In this document: piece after piece, positions 12,961-25,502 of the stretch | Position numbering within the stretch: the first letter of the stretch is position 1 | Layout of the letters: the number at the start of each line of letters is the position of its first letter | Source: Octopus vulgaris | Taxonomy: Eukaryota | Assembly: GCA_951406725.2 (NCBI GenBank) | Contig: OX597817.1 | Location: 37,944,001 to 38,008,000, forward strand | Direction: 5' to 3' | Length of the DNA stretch: 64,000 nt | Notes under the pieces: model-generated | Told to the model about the DNA's origin: nothing | Database searches by the model: none | The model's input: only the letters and a program-made list of their open reading frames with translations | Program-made: the position numbers and the translations under genes

Positions 12961-13759
12961 CCTTAATGGCTAGTGCAACACAGAAACTGTCAAAGGATCC
13001 CAGTGAACATGCAGAAAACAAACGTGCAGAAGTATGTGGGTGTAAGAGAATGTTCTTCCAAGATCAGATTTAACAACCATAAGTCCTTCTTTAATATCCA
13101 GGAAAGGCATAATGTCACAGCCATAGTTAGTCATGTATGATTGCTGAAGGAAAGAACTATGGATTACTAAATCAAGTGGAGTGTACTGGAGAAGCGTGAG
13201 CCTTAGAAGGAGCAAGCTATGCTTGGCCAATGAAATAACTTAAGAATTCTCTTCCTGTGGATACCTACATAAACTCACAAGAGCAATGTTTCCTGCTCAT
13301 GCCCTCATGAAAGGAAGTATGTGACTGACTGGTTACCTTTGGGCACAATGATTATAAACGTTGGGATTTTCACCATTAGTTGTCCACACACAAACATACA
13401 CTCTTAAACACACATACACATATTCGGGCTTAGGATTGATACCTTCCCCCAACCCCACCTTTAACCCCTCACACACACACACACATCTCAAATCTGCACT
13501 ACCTGCATCTAAATCCCAATTTGCTTGCAGTAGGCACTCAGGTGTTGGTGTGGAGCAGGTATACCCCTCTTATCTTCACAGCAACCACAAAACTGGACAC
13601 GACACTTGCTTCCAGTAGTGGAGAGACTTTGCCATATTTCTAACTAGTGTAGTCTTAGGTAATAGGTAATCACGTAATTGCCTAATCTATGTGTGAAACC
13701 AATTCATAAGATCAGCTGAAAAGCAATCTGTAATACTGTATATTATAAAGATATATATA

Positions 13760-14165
13760 TAGGCGCAGGAGTGGCTGTGTGGTAAGTAGCTTGCTAACCA
13801 ACCACATGGTTCCGGGTTCAGTCCCACTGCGTGGCATCTTGGGCAAGTGTCTTCTGCTATAGCCCTGGGCCGACCAATGCCTTGTGAGTGGATTTGGTAG
13901 ATGGAAACTGAAAGAAGCCTGTCGTATATATGTATGTATATATATATGTGTGTTTGTGTGTCTGTGTTTGTCCCCCTAGCATTGCTTGACAACCGATGCT
14001 GGTGTGTTTACGTCTCCGTAACTTAGCGGTTCGGCAAAAGTGACCGATAGAACAAGTACTGGGCTTCCAAAGAATAAGTCCCGGGGTCAAGTTGCTCGAC
14101 TTAAGGCGGTGCTCCAGCATGGCCGCAGTCAAATGACTGAAACAAGTAAAAGAAAAGAAAAGAAA
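13760..14165 (+). mobile_element. SINE family A
   Basis: Full-length copy. Confidence 0.9.
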
Positions 14166-14472
14166 GAATATATTAAATATGATGTAAATCAGTGGAATAG
14201 AAGAAACAAAGTTAAGACACAAAAAATATTTATTTCACTTCATAACAGAAAGGTTATATATTGAGTAATTTTAGTGTGATTGGCTGTTAATAGTATGAAG
14301 AGAGGGTTTTATTTGTTGATGGTTTAGGGTACCTCTAAATGTTTAGTTCTGTCCTTAGAAAGAAAAATTAATTTTTTGAGTTGCTTCACTGCTTGGGGTA
14401 TGGGTTTTGCATCTTATATGTACATAGATAGACTAATAGATAAATATATATGCAAGTATACAAATGTTGGTG

Positions 14473-14511
<39 letters not shown>

Positions 14512-15129
14512 CTTTATATAATGTGTATCACTATCATTTAACATCCATTTTTCATGGTGGTATGGGTTGGACTGTACCAAGCTCCAATGTCTTCTTTGAC
14601 ATGGTTTCTATGGCTAGATGCCCTCCTAATGCTAACCACTTTACAAATTTTATTGGGTGCTTTTTATATGGCACTGTCTCTAGTGAAATACCTACTGCCT
14701 CAAGAAGTCTTGCCTAACTTATGCCATCTAAAAAAAAAACAAAATTGGTGACTCATATATGTGGATAGATGCAAGTGCATATATACTTATACATGTATGT
14801 ATATGTGTGTGTGTTCTGTCTATGTAAGTAAATGTAATGTATATATCTTTGTGTGTATGTATATATATATATATATAATGTTTACACACAAACACACTTA
14901 CATACACACATTTATGCACACACAAATGTATATCCATTCACATGATATGCAGATGCAAGATATCTTAGGTGTGGTGAGCTATGTAGACTATGGTATATCA
15001 AAAAATATTCATTAAAAGTCATTGATATACATACATACATATATATACATATAAAATATTACCATTTGGCAATTTTCATTCTGACTTATATTTAATGAAA
15101 CACCTGGCTATGCATTTGTGAATGATTTG

Positions 15130-15620
15130 GATACACACACATACTTATGTATATACACACATCTATGTGTGTATATGCATATATGTATATATACACATGT
15201 AGATGTGTGTGTATGTATATATGCATATGTGTGTGTGTGTGTATATATTTATATGCATGTGTGTGTGTATATATATTTATATGCATATGTGTGTGTATAT
15301 ATATTTATATGCATATGTGTGTGTGTATATATATATTTATATGCATGTGTGTGTGTATATATTTATATGCATGTATGTGTGTGTATATATATTTATATGC
15401 ATGTGTGTATATATATACTTATATGCATGTGTGTGTGTATATATATACTTATATGCATGTGTGTGTATGTATATATATATATATATATATGCAAGTGTGT
15501 TTATGTATATATACCTGCATATGTATTTATGTTTTTATGTGCATATATATATATATATGTGTGTGTCCATGTGTATTTATAAGTTTGTATGTATATCTAT
15601 ATATACACATATACACACAA
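15130..15620. repeat. TG/TA compound micro/minisatellite
   Basis: ATATGCATGTGTGTGTGTATATATATTT-type units. Confidence 0.95.
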
Positions 15621-16265
15621 GAGCTGTAAAACATGTACCAACACATGTTACATATTATATAATGCAAATATTAATTGATCTAGAACTCAATAGTAGGACT
15701 TGTGGTGTAAGATGGTTATTATATCAAAACAAATGACAATTTACTGGGGGTTTGCCTGGTGGCTGACATGAGCTCCTACTCTCTCTCTCTCTCTCATTCT
15801 TACAAAAATGCATATACATGTATAGACACACATACACATTCACGGTAAATGAATCTCTGTTGGTTTTTAATGTTGAATATTCCAGTTGCTCGACTGAACT
15901 CTGCTGCTTTTCCTTCCAGTATAGTGTAAGCGGTTCAGTATTTCACAGAAGCTTTTACCTTTAATGTTATCTAGGTGCAGAAACCAGCAGTGTATGACAT
16001 TATACTAACACTCTTATTCTTAAGACTAGTGAAAGATTTTGAACACCAAACCTAAAGTTTGCTAAGTGACCTTTTATAAATACTATCTAGATACTGCGGT
16101 TAAGTGATTACATGTGTGTTTGTATACAAACACACATATAAATCACTATGTATACATGCATGCACATGTATATACACTTACATACACATATGTATGACTT
16201 CAGCCATATAACAACACACATGCTATTCTTGGACATTTTTCGTACTCCTCCCAGGAACTTTATTC

Positions 16266-16299
16266 TTTCTGATGATGAGCCATGCTCAAAACGTTACAC
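16266..16299 (+). ncRNA. Degenerate hammerhead motif, same family as 22365
   Basis: CUGAUGA-U-GAGC(CAU)GCUC-AAAAC-GUU; G12->A consistent with CpG decay. Confidence 0.5.
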
Positions 16300-16398
16300 A
16301 CCCCTCTCTTTTTCCATCTTAAAATGAGCATCAACCTAATACATTTACGGTGTACGTTCTTCCTTTTGACTTTTGTTGTTTATTTTTATTTGCCTGTA

Positions 16399-16790
16399 TA
16401 GGCGTAGGAGTGGCTGTGTGGTAAGTAGCTTGCTTACCAACCACATGGTTCTGGGTTCAGTCCCACTGCGTGGCACCTTGGGCAATTGTCTTCTACTATT
16501 GCCTCGGGCCGACCAAAGCCTTGTGAGTGGATTTGGTAGACGGAAACTGAAAGAAGCCCGTCGTATATATGTATATATATATATGCGTGTGTGCGTATGT
16601 TTGTGTGTCTGTGTTTGTCCCCCCCAGCATCACTTGACAACTGATGCTGGTGTGTTTACGTCCCCGTAACTTAGCGGTTCGGCAAAAAGTGACAGATAGA
16701 AAAAGTACTAGGCTTACAAAGAATAAGTCCTGGGGGGTTGATTTCCTCGACTAAAGGCCACAGTCAATTGACTGAAGCAAGTAAAAGAGT
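16399..16790 (+). mobile_element. SINE family A
   Basis: Full-length copy. Confidence 0.9.
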
Positions 16791-16840
16791 ATGTGTATGT
16801 ACGTACACACACACACACGCATGTGTACATGTGCAGGGTA

Positions 16841-17071
16841 GGGCGGCGAACTGGCAGAAACGTTAGCACGCCGGGCGAAATGCTTAGCGGTATTTCGTCT
16901 GCGTTACGTTGTGAGTTCGAATTCCGCCGAGGTCGACTTTGCCTTTCATCCTTTCGGGGTCGATAAATTAAGTACCATTTACGCACTGGGGTCGATGTAA
17001 TCGACTTAATACCTATGTCTGTCTTTGTTTGTCCCCTCTGTGTTTAGCCCCTTGTGGGTAATAAAGAAATA
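16841..17071 (+). mobile_element. SINE family B
   Basis: CpG-intact copy. Confidence 0.9.
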
Positions 17072-17644
17072 GGTATAACAGCAAAAACAATACTTGGGAA
17101 ATATATAACGCGGCAATTCTGTTGCTCTCACTATCTCTCACTTATGAAAGAGACAAGGTGAGAAGGAGAGACCGGCGTGTTAAATTTTAGAGTGGGAGGG
17201 GTAGAAATGAGGGAGGGTTGTAGTTGATAAATGATAATGTTTGTATGTTAAAGGGAGGGGCGAGAGAGTATTATCTTGAAGTTTTTTACAAAGTAAAAGG
17301 TGAAAATTTGTGAGATAAAACGGATTGTTTGTGCTGCGGTTATTATTACCACATCTGGCTGTGCATGTTTTTGTTGTTGGTAAATATTTCTTTAACTTTT
17401 TATCATATTTTCTTTCTAAATTATCGTAGAGAAGAAAATGTATATCTCTGTCGTCGCTCTATTTACCTACCTACCTGCTTGTTTGTCTGTCTATTTGTGA
17501 TTATGTTTGCCTGCCTATCTGTAAAATTATCTTTGAGGTTTTAATTAGAACCCAGGTCAGCCTTATGAAGAAAGCCATTCACCCGATACGTGCTCATTAT
17601 CCAACGTACTCTCTCTCTCTCTTTCGACGAGGTGTCATATCAGG

Positions 17645-17694
17645 CAGTTGTTCCCAACTTTTTCACTACCAGTGCCCCCTTTTAATATGCTTAT

Positions 17695-17763
<69 letters not shown>

Positions 17764-17830
17764 TTTGAATTTAGTGTACGGATCCACCCCTAGTACTATA
17801 CCTTTGCGGACCACAGATTGGGAACCACTG
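17645..17830. mobile_element. Small hAT MITE containing (TA)n
   Basis: CAGTTGTTCCCAAC...ATTGGGAACCACTG; degenerate 8-bp flanks ATATCAGG/ATGTAAGG. Confidence 0.6.
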
Positions 17831-18258
17831 ATGTAAGGGAATTTTGCGCTGCTATTTCTAGCGTATTAAGCGGCACCGTTGAGACCCTCTCGTTGCTCGT
17901 GTGCATAATTGTATATCGTTATTTCATTCAGGTGTACCTCTTCTTGCAATAGAATTTTCAGTAACCAAGTCATGGAAGGGGATAACGAAACTTTCTAACA
18001 CATCATAAGAGATTATTAAAATATACGGAAAGTAAACATAACAGCATAACTATAGTTTGGCGTCCCATCCCTGACTTTGTTTCCTCGTAATTTTACGTTT
18101 TTGAGGGTGTACATTACGATTATTAACTTTAGCATTATTCACCGCCCTCCTTTTTTTTTTCCTTTCTTATTTTCATGTTTGAAATATTAGTTTTAGGTAA
18201 TCTACACTCTCCAGTATTTCTGCAAAATGCCATTTAAAATATGCATTCTATTGACTTA

Positions 18259-18773
18259 GCGTAAATCCTCGAGTATAGTCCGCCTTTGAGTATAATACGC
18301 AGGGGATTTTTAGGGAGCTGCACCTCTGAAAAACCTAAACCTTGTGTATAATATGCACTCCTTCTCTAACTTGAGTCAAGGAGGTCTATATATCGTCCTT
18401 GGTTTGTAAAAAAATGTATATGGTAACGTCCTTTATTATTATTGTATATATAACATAATACAAACGTGTAGCTTTTTTGTGCATTTTGTTTGCAGAAAAT
18501 AAAGAAATAACAGTAATAACGTTTAATAAATGTTGTTTACTGAAAGTTATAGATGATTTTTTTATGACTTCATTGCTTTCAGGCTTAGCTTAAGGTATTT
18601 TTGCGCCTGACATGACAAAATGCGTCTGAATAAACATTGCTGGATAGCAAATAGAAACTTGAACATTTCTTAGAAAATGATTTTCATTTTTAATCTCGTG
18701 TATAATACGCACTAAGGATTTTGACCTTTAAATTTTTTGGGGAAAAATGTGGATTATACTTGAGGATTTACGG
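18259..18773. mobile_element. pogo/Tc2-type MITE
   Basis: TIRs (G/C)CGTAAATCCTC(G/A)AGTATA(G/A)TCC; TA at the left flank; non-coding. Confidence 0.8.
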
Positions 18774-20329
18774 TCTGGAGAAGGCAGAAGAACGATTCGG
18801 AACTGGTCTCCAAAAATAAAAAAAAAAAAGGCTTTTTTTTTCTTCTCTGTATTACTACCACAATCGGAATCATCTACACCGCTGAAAACGAGTTTGCAAA
18901 TTTTCATCTTCAAAAATGTGTATTTTCCAGAAACTCTGGATGAAAACTAGTGGGAGCAAGGGGGCATTAATCTGTAGTTTTGCGCTTAATAGTTTTTTAT
19001 GTGTTTTTAAACAGCTAAAACAATTCGACCACAATGTTTGTTTTAAAGCGCTCTTATCAAAGTCACTTGCCAAACAAGTACTCTTGAAATATCTTGGTTC
19101 ATCTGTGTGTGTGTGTGTATGTGTGTGTGTGTATGTATGTGTGTTTGTGCGCGTGCGCGCACGTTTTAGTTGTCTGTTCTTAGTGTCTATACGTGTATTT
19201 CAATTTATATTACCACGGCTAGAATACCTTGCAATGCGTATGTATACCTTCGTCTCTAATACCTGCCTAGGCGCGTGTGCGTGTGTGATCTGTGATATCT
19301 TTCTCTTTTTCTCTGTAGCAATAAGTTGGTTAAAAAGCCACAAGACTTTATATACATCTGTCTTAATGCGTGTATAAATGTGCGTTTTTTATTTGTCCGT
19401 GCGTGTACGCATTAGGTATGCAAAATGAATTCTCATACGTATGTAGAGACACTCCACAATTGCGTATATAATACTTTATTTTGTTTGCTGTGTTTTGTAC
19501 ACGCAGGCATTACGTATGTAGAACCTCTTTTGTGTATATATCAAGTCACAAGACAGTGTGTGTGTGTATGCAGGTGTTTGACACTTTCTTTTCGCTTTAC
19601 TCCACACACTCACGTACGAATGTATATGGTTACGCGAATGTTTCACAGGTAGTAACTTAAAAAGTTCCTGTCTAACAATATACACGCTCACACACATATA
19701 CATAGCCTTGTGACTTGATATACACACAGTCATGTAACCTTATACGCACACAGACAGTATATGCATTTAAAAAAAAAATTTTTCATCGATGCATCTACCT
19801 GCCTTTTTTTCCATCTCTCTCTCTATATATATAAATGTATATTGCGTACGTGTCTATTATATACATACATACGTATGCATTATATTTGTATGGTATGCTG
19901 TATGCATATATCTCTTTGTACATACATTAAGTGTTGTTATATCTACATATGTCTGAGTGTGTTTATGCGAACACTTCTGTTACGATATTTTCAGCTATAC
20001 CTCCTTTTGTTAAGTCCATAGGTCTATTTATTATACGTGTATTGGCTATTCAGCTGGCAACACATTTTCTCACTCGTTCTACTCTCTCTCGCATTCTTTA
20101 TACAAAAACATGTACACACACTCAAATGTATACATGGTTGTGTTTACGGGAGGGCTTGTCTGTCTGTCCGTATTTGTGTGTATGTATGTATGTATGCATA
20201 GTATTTTAAAAGCTTATGACAAATTGAGTTATTGCTATTGCAGTAATTCTTTCCACTGTTTACAATTGTTTCAATAATGTGCTGATAGTAAGTGCTGCTT
20301 GAGGCAAACCCTCGTATTTCTAGGTCCTT

Positions 20330-20517
20330 TCTATCTATCTGTCTGCCTGTCTATTTGTCTATCTATTTATCTGTCTATCTATTTATCTGCTTGTCTATCT
20401 ATTTGTCTGTCTATCTGTCTGCCTATCTATCTGTCTGCCTATCTATCTATCTGTCTGTCTGTCTGCCTATCTATCTGTCTGCCTATCTATCTGTCTGCCT
20501 ATCTATCTGTCTGCCTA

Positions 20518-20552
<35 letters not shown>

Positions 20553-20700
20553 GTCTGTCTATCTATCTGTCTGTCTATCTATCTGTCTGTCTATCTATCT
20601 GTCTGTCTATCTATCTGTCTGTCTATCTATCTGTCTGTCTATTTATCTGTCTGTCTATCTATTTGTCTGTCTTTCTGTCTATCTATCTGTCTATCTGTTT
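20330..20700. repeat. (TCTA/TCTG)n tetranucleotide microsatellite
   Basis: Direct inspection. Confidence 0.95.
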
Positions 20701-21180
20701 ATTATTTTTTGCTTCAGTCATTGGACTGCGGCCATGCTGGGGTACCGTGTTGATGGGATTAGTCAAACAAAATTGACTCCCTGTATTTACTTTTTAACCT
20801 AGTTCTTATTTTACTGCTCTATTTTGCTGAACCGCTAATTTACAGGTAGGTAAACAAACCAACACCGGTTGTCAAGCAGTGGTTGGAGACAAATACAAAG
20901 AATCACGCATAGATGTATGCACATGTACGCCCACACATATAGGGTGGGCTTCTTTCACTTTCCATCTACCAATTCAACTCACAAGGCTTTGCCCATTTCA
21001 GTGCTATAGTAGAAGACACTTGTTTAAGGTGTTGTGCAGTGGACCCAAAGAGGCAAATAGTTTAATTTTATAGATTTAATGTTTCAATTAAGAAACTCTG
21101 GTTTTGCTAATTCATACATAGCTCACCCCCCCTCTCTCTCTCTAGATATATATATATATACTCATATACATACATACATA

Positions 21181-22066
21181 CAGGGTGCGATGGGTAAATT
21201 GTTGCCATTTTATATCTTTAATTTCATTCAAGCGCATTGTTTGTTTTTGATTTTGTTGACTACACAGTATAGTAGGGTCAGTTGGGCAACGTCTGTGAGA
21301 AAAATACCAATTCACTCATCCAGAAATTTGGAAACGACATGCTCTACTGCTTGGCATTCGTGCTGAATGCTCCAATATGAATAAATGGTGAACACACTGA
21401 ACAGCTGTTGACTTACCGTGTCCCTAAAAGCATGTACCGAGAGTGATAAAAATCAAACATCCGGTCATCATCATGGTGTTTGGAGTGATCACTAGTGATG
21501 GCGACATTATACCTCCTTTCATCTTCCCACGCAGCCTCTGACTCAACACAGAGGCCTACATCAAGTTCCTGGAGGAGGTAGTGCTGCTCTGGATCAAGAG
21601 GGTGGCTGCCGGAAGGCCCTATGTCTAGCAACAGGACTCTGCACCATGCCACACAAGCAGGAGAACCCAGTCATGACTGTCAAACAATTTCTGCAATCAC
21701 ATCACCCCTAACAATGGGCCACCTAACTCCCGAGATTGACTTCAACCCCTTTGATTATTATGTGTGGGGCACAGTTGAGCGAGCGACCAACAAAACTCCT
21801 TGTAATACCACACCAAAGATGAACTGAAGGCAAGGATTATGACAGCATTCACCAGCTTAAACAAGGAGACCGTCCAGAAGAATTGTAGGAGATTCTGAAT
21901 TCGTCTGGGGGCCATGGTTGAAGCCAATGGCGATTTTATTGAATGAATTTACTCTTTAGTATTTCGAGATATTTTTATGTAATTTTGGTAAATATATCTG
22001 TTAAAATGAGATGTCAGTGTTATTTTCATTTTTGTGTAATTTAGACAAGATATTCACCGCACCCTA
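21181..22066 (+). mobile_element. Internally deleted Tc1/mariner DD37D (maT-family) transposon
   Basis: TA|CAGGGTGCG left end, imperfect CGCACCCT right end. Transposase remnant QQDSAPCH...NPFDYYVWG has 37 residues between D2 and D3 once a 4-nt insertion is removed; stops present. Confidence 0.85.
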
Positions 22067-22364
22067 CACGCACACACACAGCAGTTAGACCTAAAAAATA
22101 AAGATAATATTGTTACACAAGTTTATTCAAGGTTATGATCATTTTGAAAGGCTAGAGGAAGTGGTTCATTATTATACATTGATTTATATGCAGGATTAAT
22201 CAACTAATGAAATTGCCCTCAACCATTCTCTGAATTTATTCAGTTCTTACTTTCTATCACTATATACACACATAGATACACATGTGTATATATATATATA
22301 TGAGCACCACCAGCAAAAATATTTTTTCCTCTGTCTTCCCTTCTTGGGATCTTTCCTTCTCCTT

Positions 22365-22399
22365 GTTTCCGACGAAGAGCTCTGCTCGAAACGTTAAAC
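22365..22399 (+). ncRNA. Minimal type I hammerhead ribozyme-like motif (PLE type)
   Basis: GUUU-CCGACGA-A-GAGC(UCU)GCUC-GAAAC-GUU-AAAC; U4->C variant. Confidence 0.6.
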
Positions 22400-23167
22400 T
22401 CTCCTTCCCTTCTTTCCTGAGCGTCAATAATACTTTAATTGTTCCACGTCCTCGCGTTGCTGTGTTTTTTTTCTCTTTTTTTCTGTGTTTTCTTGTTTGG
22501 ATTAACTTTATATATATATATATACATACATTTTTCTGGTGGGGTGTAAACACTTGCTGATCTCTTATGACCCATTTCCCTCACCTCACAGGATCCTATC
22601 CAGGAGGTAAATCTCTCTCTTCCCCTAATTGGTTGAATTTTCACTAGTTCACTGACAGCATCCGTCTTCACACCGCCTACTCCTTGACTACTGATTGCTT
22701 TTCCTCTTATTACTCATTGACTACTCCTTTGCTGCTCACTGGTTACTCACCAGAGTTACCTCATTGCACCAGGAACTTGGAACTTCTGTAGCCAATGAGG
22801 GAGTATCTATGTGATGGCTGGAGATGCTAGAAATAACAGTTAGACCTTTGTGTAATCACTCGCCCTACCTTCTTTAAGAAAAAGCAAGGTGAAGGACAGA
22901 CTCTCTCACTCACTCTCACATGTATTTATTTATTTATTCTTTGTTTATCATTGGACTGCAGCTATACTGGGGTACTGCCTAGATGGGTTTTGTTGTGATA
23001 TCAACCCTGGGACTTATTTTAAGTCTGATAATTATTCCATCATTCCCTTTTTCGAACTGTTTGGTTATGGTGGCCACAAACAAACCGAAAACAAATTTCA
23101 AGCTGTGAAAGACAAATGCAAAAACACATACATATACACATACAACACACCATAAATCAAATTCTAT

Positions 23168-23470
23168 ACTCTTTTACTTGTTTCAGTCTTTTGACTGCGG
23201 CCATGCTGGAGCACCACCTTTAGTCGAGCAAATTGACCCCAGGACTTATTCTTTGTAAGCCTAGTATTCTATCGGTCAGTTTTGCTGAACCACTAAGTTA
23301 CGGGGACGTGAACACACCAGCATCGGTTCTCAAGCGATGTTGGGGGGGACAAACATATACACACACATACATATATATACAACAGGCTTCTTTCAGTTTC
23401 CGTCTACCAAATCCACTCACAAGACTTTGGTCGGTCCGAGGCTATGGTAGAAGGTGCCATGCAGTGGGAC
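23168..23470 (-). mobile_element. SINE family A, head deleted and fused to the maT remnant
   Basis: Similarity stops at GCAGTGGGAC (23470). Confidence 0.85.
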
Positions 23471-24392
23471 AGAAGGTCACAGAAATTGTCCAATAGCCAT
23501 GACTGGGTTCTCCTGCTTGTGTGGCATGCTGCAGAGTCCTGTTGCTAGACATAGGGTCTTCCAGCAGCCATCCTCTTGATCCAGGGCAGCAGTATCTCCT
23601 CCAGGCACTTGATGTAAGCCTCTGTGTTGAGTCTGACTCTGCGTGGGAAGATGAATGGAGGCATAACATCTCTATCGCTAATGATCACTCCAAACACCAT
23701 GATGTTGACTGGATGTTTGATTTTTATCACTCTTGGTACATGTTTTGGGGACACAGCAAGCCAACAGTTGTTCTATATGTTCACCATCTGATCCTGGCAG
23801 AAATTTTTCTTGTCTGAGAAAAACAAAAGCATGTTTGCTTGGAGGGGATGCTTGAGTTTATTCAAAAGCTTTGTAGTGCAGTCTTTTTTCTTGTCCTTGA
23901 TGGCTTGGAATAAAAATTGGCCCTTTTTCATCTTGTCTGAGGAATACCAAATGTCTTCATGCACTACCTGCCTGATAAGAAACTCAGACACTCTCATGTC
24001 CCTGGTGATGGGCCTGATTGATCATGGTTTGGATCTCACCAACAAATTTAGGAGGTCTTTTCTAATAAGAACGATCAAAGTGAGTTTTCTGAGCTGCCAT
24101 ACCTTCATAATCACCATTAGACTAATCCAACTCTTTCCGAATCCTCTGCATTGTTCGCAGATTGACACCCAAACATTCTGAAATGTTTGTATTGGAGCTT
24201 CCGGCATTAATGCCATGCAGTACAGCTTGTTTTTTCCAAATTTCTGACAGAGTGGATTGCATCATGGTACTGTTTTACTATTAGACATTGCCCAGTTGAC
24301 CCTACTATACTGTATCATCAACAAATTCAAAAACAATGTGTATGCACAAAATTAAATATATAAAATGGTGACAATTTACCCATTTCATCCTG
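23471..24392 (-). mobile_element. Second DD37D/maT copy, 3'-truncated
   Basis: TIR at 24392 followed by TA. KHPVNIMVFGVI.SD.DVMPPFIFP...LNTEAYIKCLEE matches the 21181 copy. Confidence 0.85.
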
Positions 24393-24409
24393 TATATAAG
24401 ATATATTTT

Positions 24410-24758
24410 TTTACTTGTTTCAGTCATTTGACTGTGGCCATACTGGAGCACTGCCTTTAGTCAAATAATTCAACACTACGACTTATTGTTTGTAAGCCTA
24501 GTACTTGTTCTATAGGTCTCTTTTGCTAAACTGCTTTATGACAGGGACATAAACGCACCAACATCTGTTGCCAGGTGATGGTGGGGGACATACAGGCATA
24601 TGACAGGCTTTTTTCAGTATCCATCTATGAAATCTACTCATAAGGCTTCGGTCAGCCTGAGGCTATAGTAGAAGACCCTTGCCCAAGGTGCAATGTAGTG
24701 GGACTGAACCCAGAACCATGTGGATGGGAAGCTTCTCGCCACACAGCCACTCCTGCAC
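24410..24758 (-). mobile_element. SINE family A (diverged)
   Basis: Sequence similarity to the other copies. Confidence 0.85.
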
Positions 24759-24775
24759 CAACATATATATATATA

Positions 24776-25129
24776 TATATATAAAATATTAGAAAAAACC
24801 CACCTTTTATCAATTCAAAATGAATAATTAAATTACACCATCTAGAAAATTACATATAATAGAAAAGTTAAAATTAAAATAACAATTAAAAAGTAAAGAT
24901 TAAGTAAATTACAAGAATAATGTAATGTATAAAATAGGTAGAAAAACGACACGTGTTTCGCTGCTATCTATTTTATACATTACATTATTCTTGTAATTTG
25001 CTTAATCTTTACTTTTTAATTGTTATTTTAATTTTAACTTTTCTATTATATGTAATTTTCTAGATGATGTAATTTAATTATTCATTTTGAATTGATAAAA
25101 GGTGGGTTTTTTCTAATATTTTATATATA
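24776..25129. repeat. Near-perfect palindrome: 166-bp arms, 22-nt loop
   Basis: Arms 24776-24941 and 24964-25129; 3 mismatches by manual alignment. Confidence 0.95.
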
Positions 25130-25224
25130 AATTATATTGTGTGGAATTTGATTTAGTATTTCTAAATTGAATTCTTTTTCCTTGTAGGTTTGGATTTTAT
25201 TCCCTCAAATAATAATAATAAAAA

Positions 25225-25266
<42 letters not shown>

Positions 25267-25391
25267 AGGGAAGATTTATATATAGATACAGATAAATATA
25301 TATAGATATAGACAGATAGATGCTAGCATGGGTTGGATGGTTTGACTGAGGATTGGCAAGCCAACATTTTAACGAGATTTTTTATTTATTT

Positions 25392-25502
25392 ATCACCCGA
25401 TGAGATAAATCCGCACCGCCGGCTGCTCCTGTACCAGTTTTTTTGTGTGTCCCACAAGAGGAGTTGATGCTGGACTAGATGTGTCAAAACAATTGTTGTG
25501 AT
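25392..25502 (+). ncRNA. Degenerate type I hammerhead with long stem II insertion
   Basis: AUCAC-CCGAUGA-GAUAAAUC...GAUGUGUC-AAAAC-AAUU-GUU-GUGAU; palindromic AACAAUUGUU stem III. Confidence 0.55.

Noticed and set aside
18916-19377. 153-aa ORF
   Set aside because: Runs through a (TG)n tract, has no recognisable domain and no convincing splice partners.
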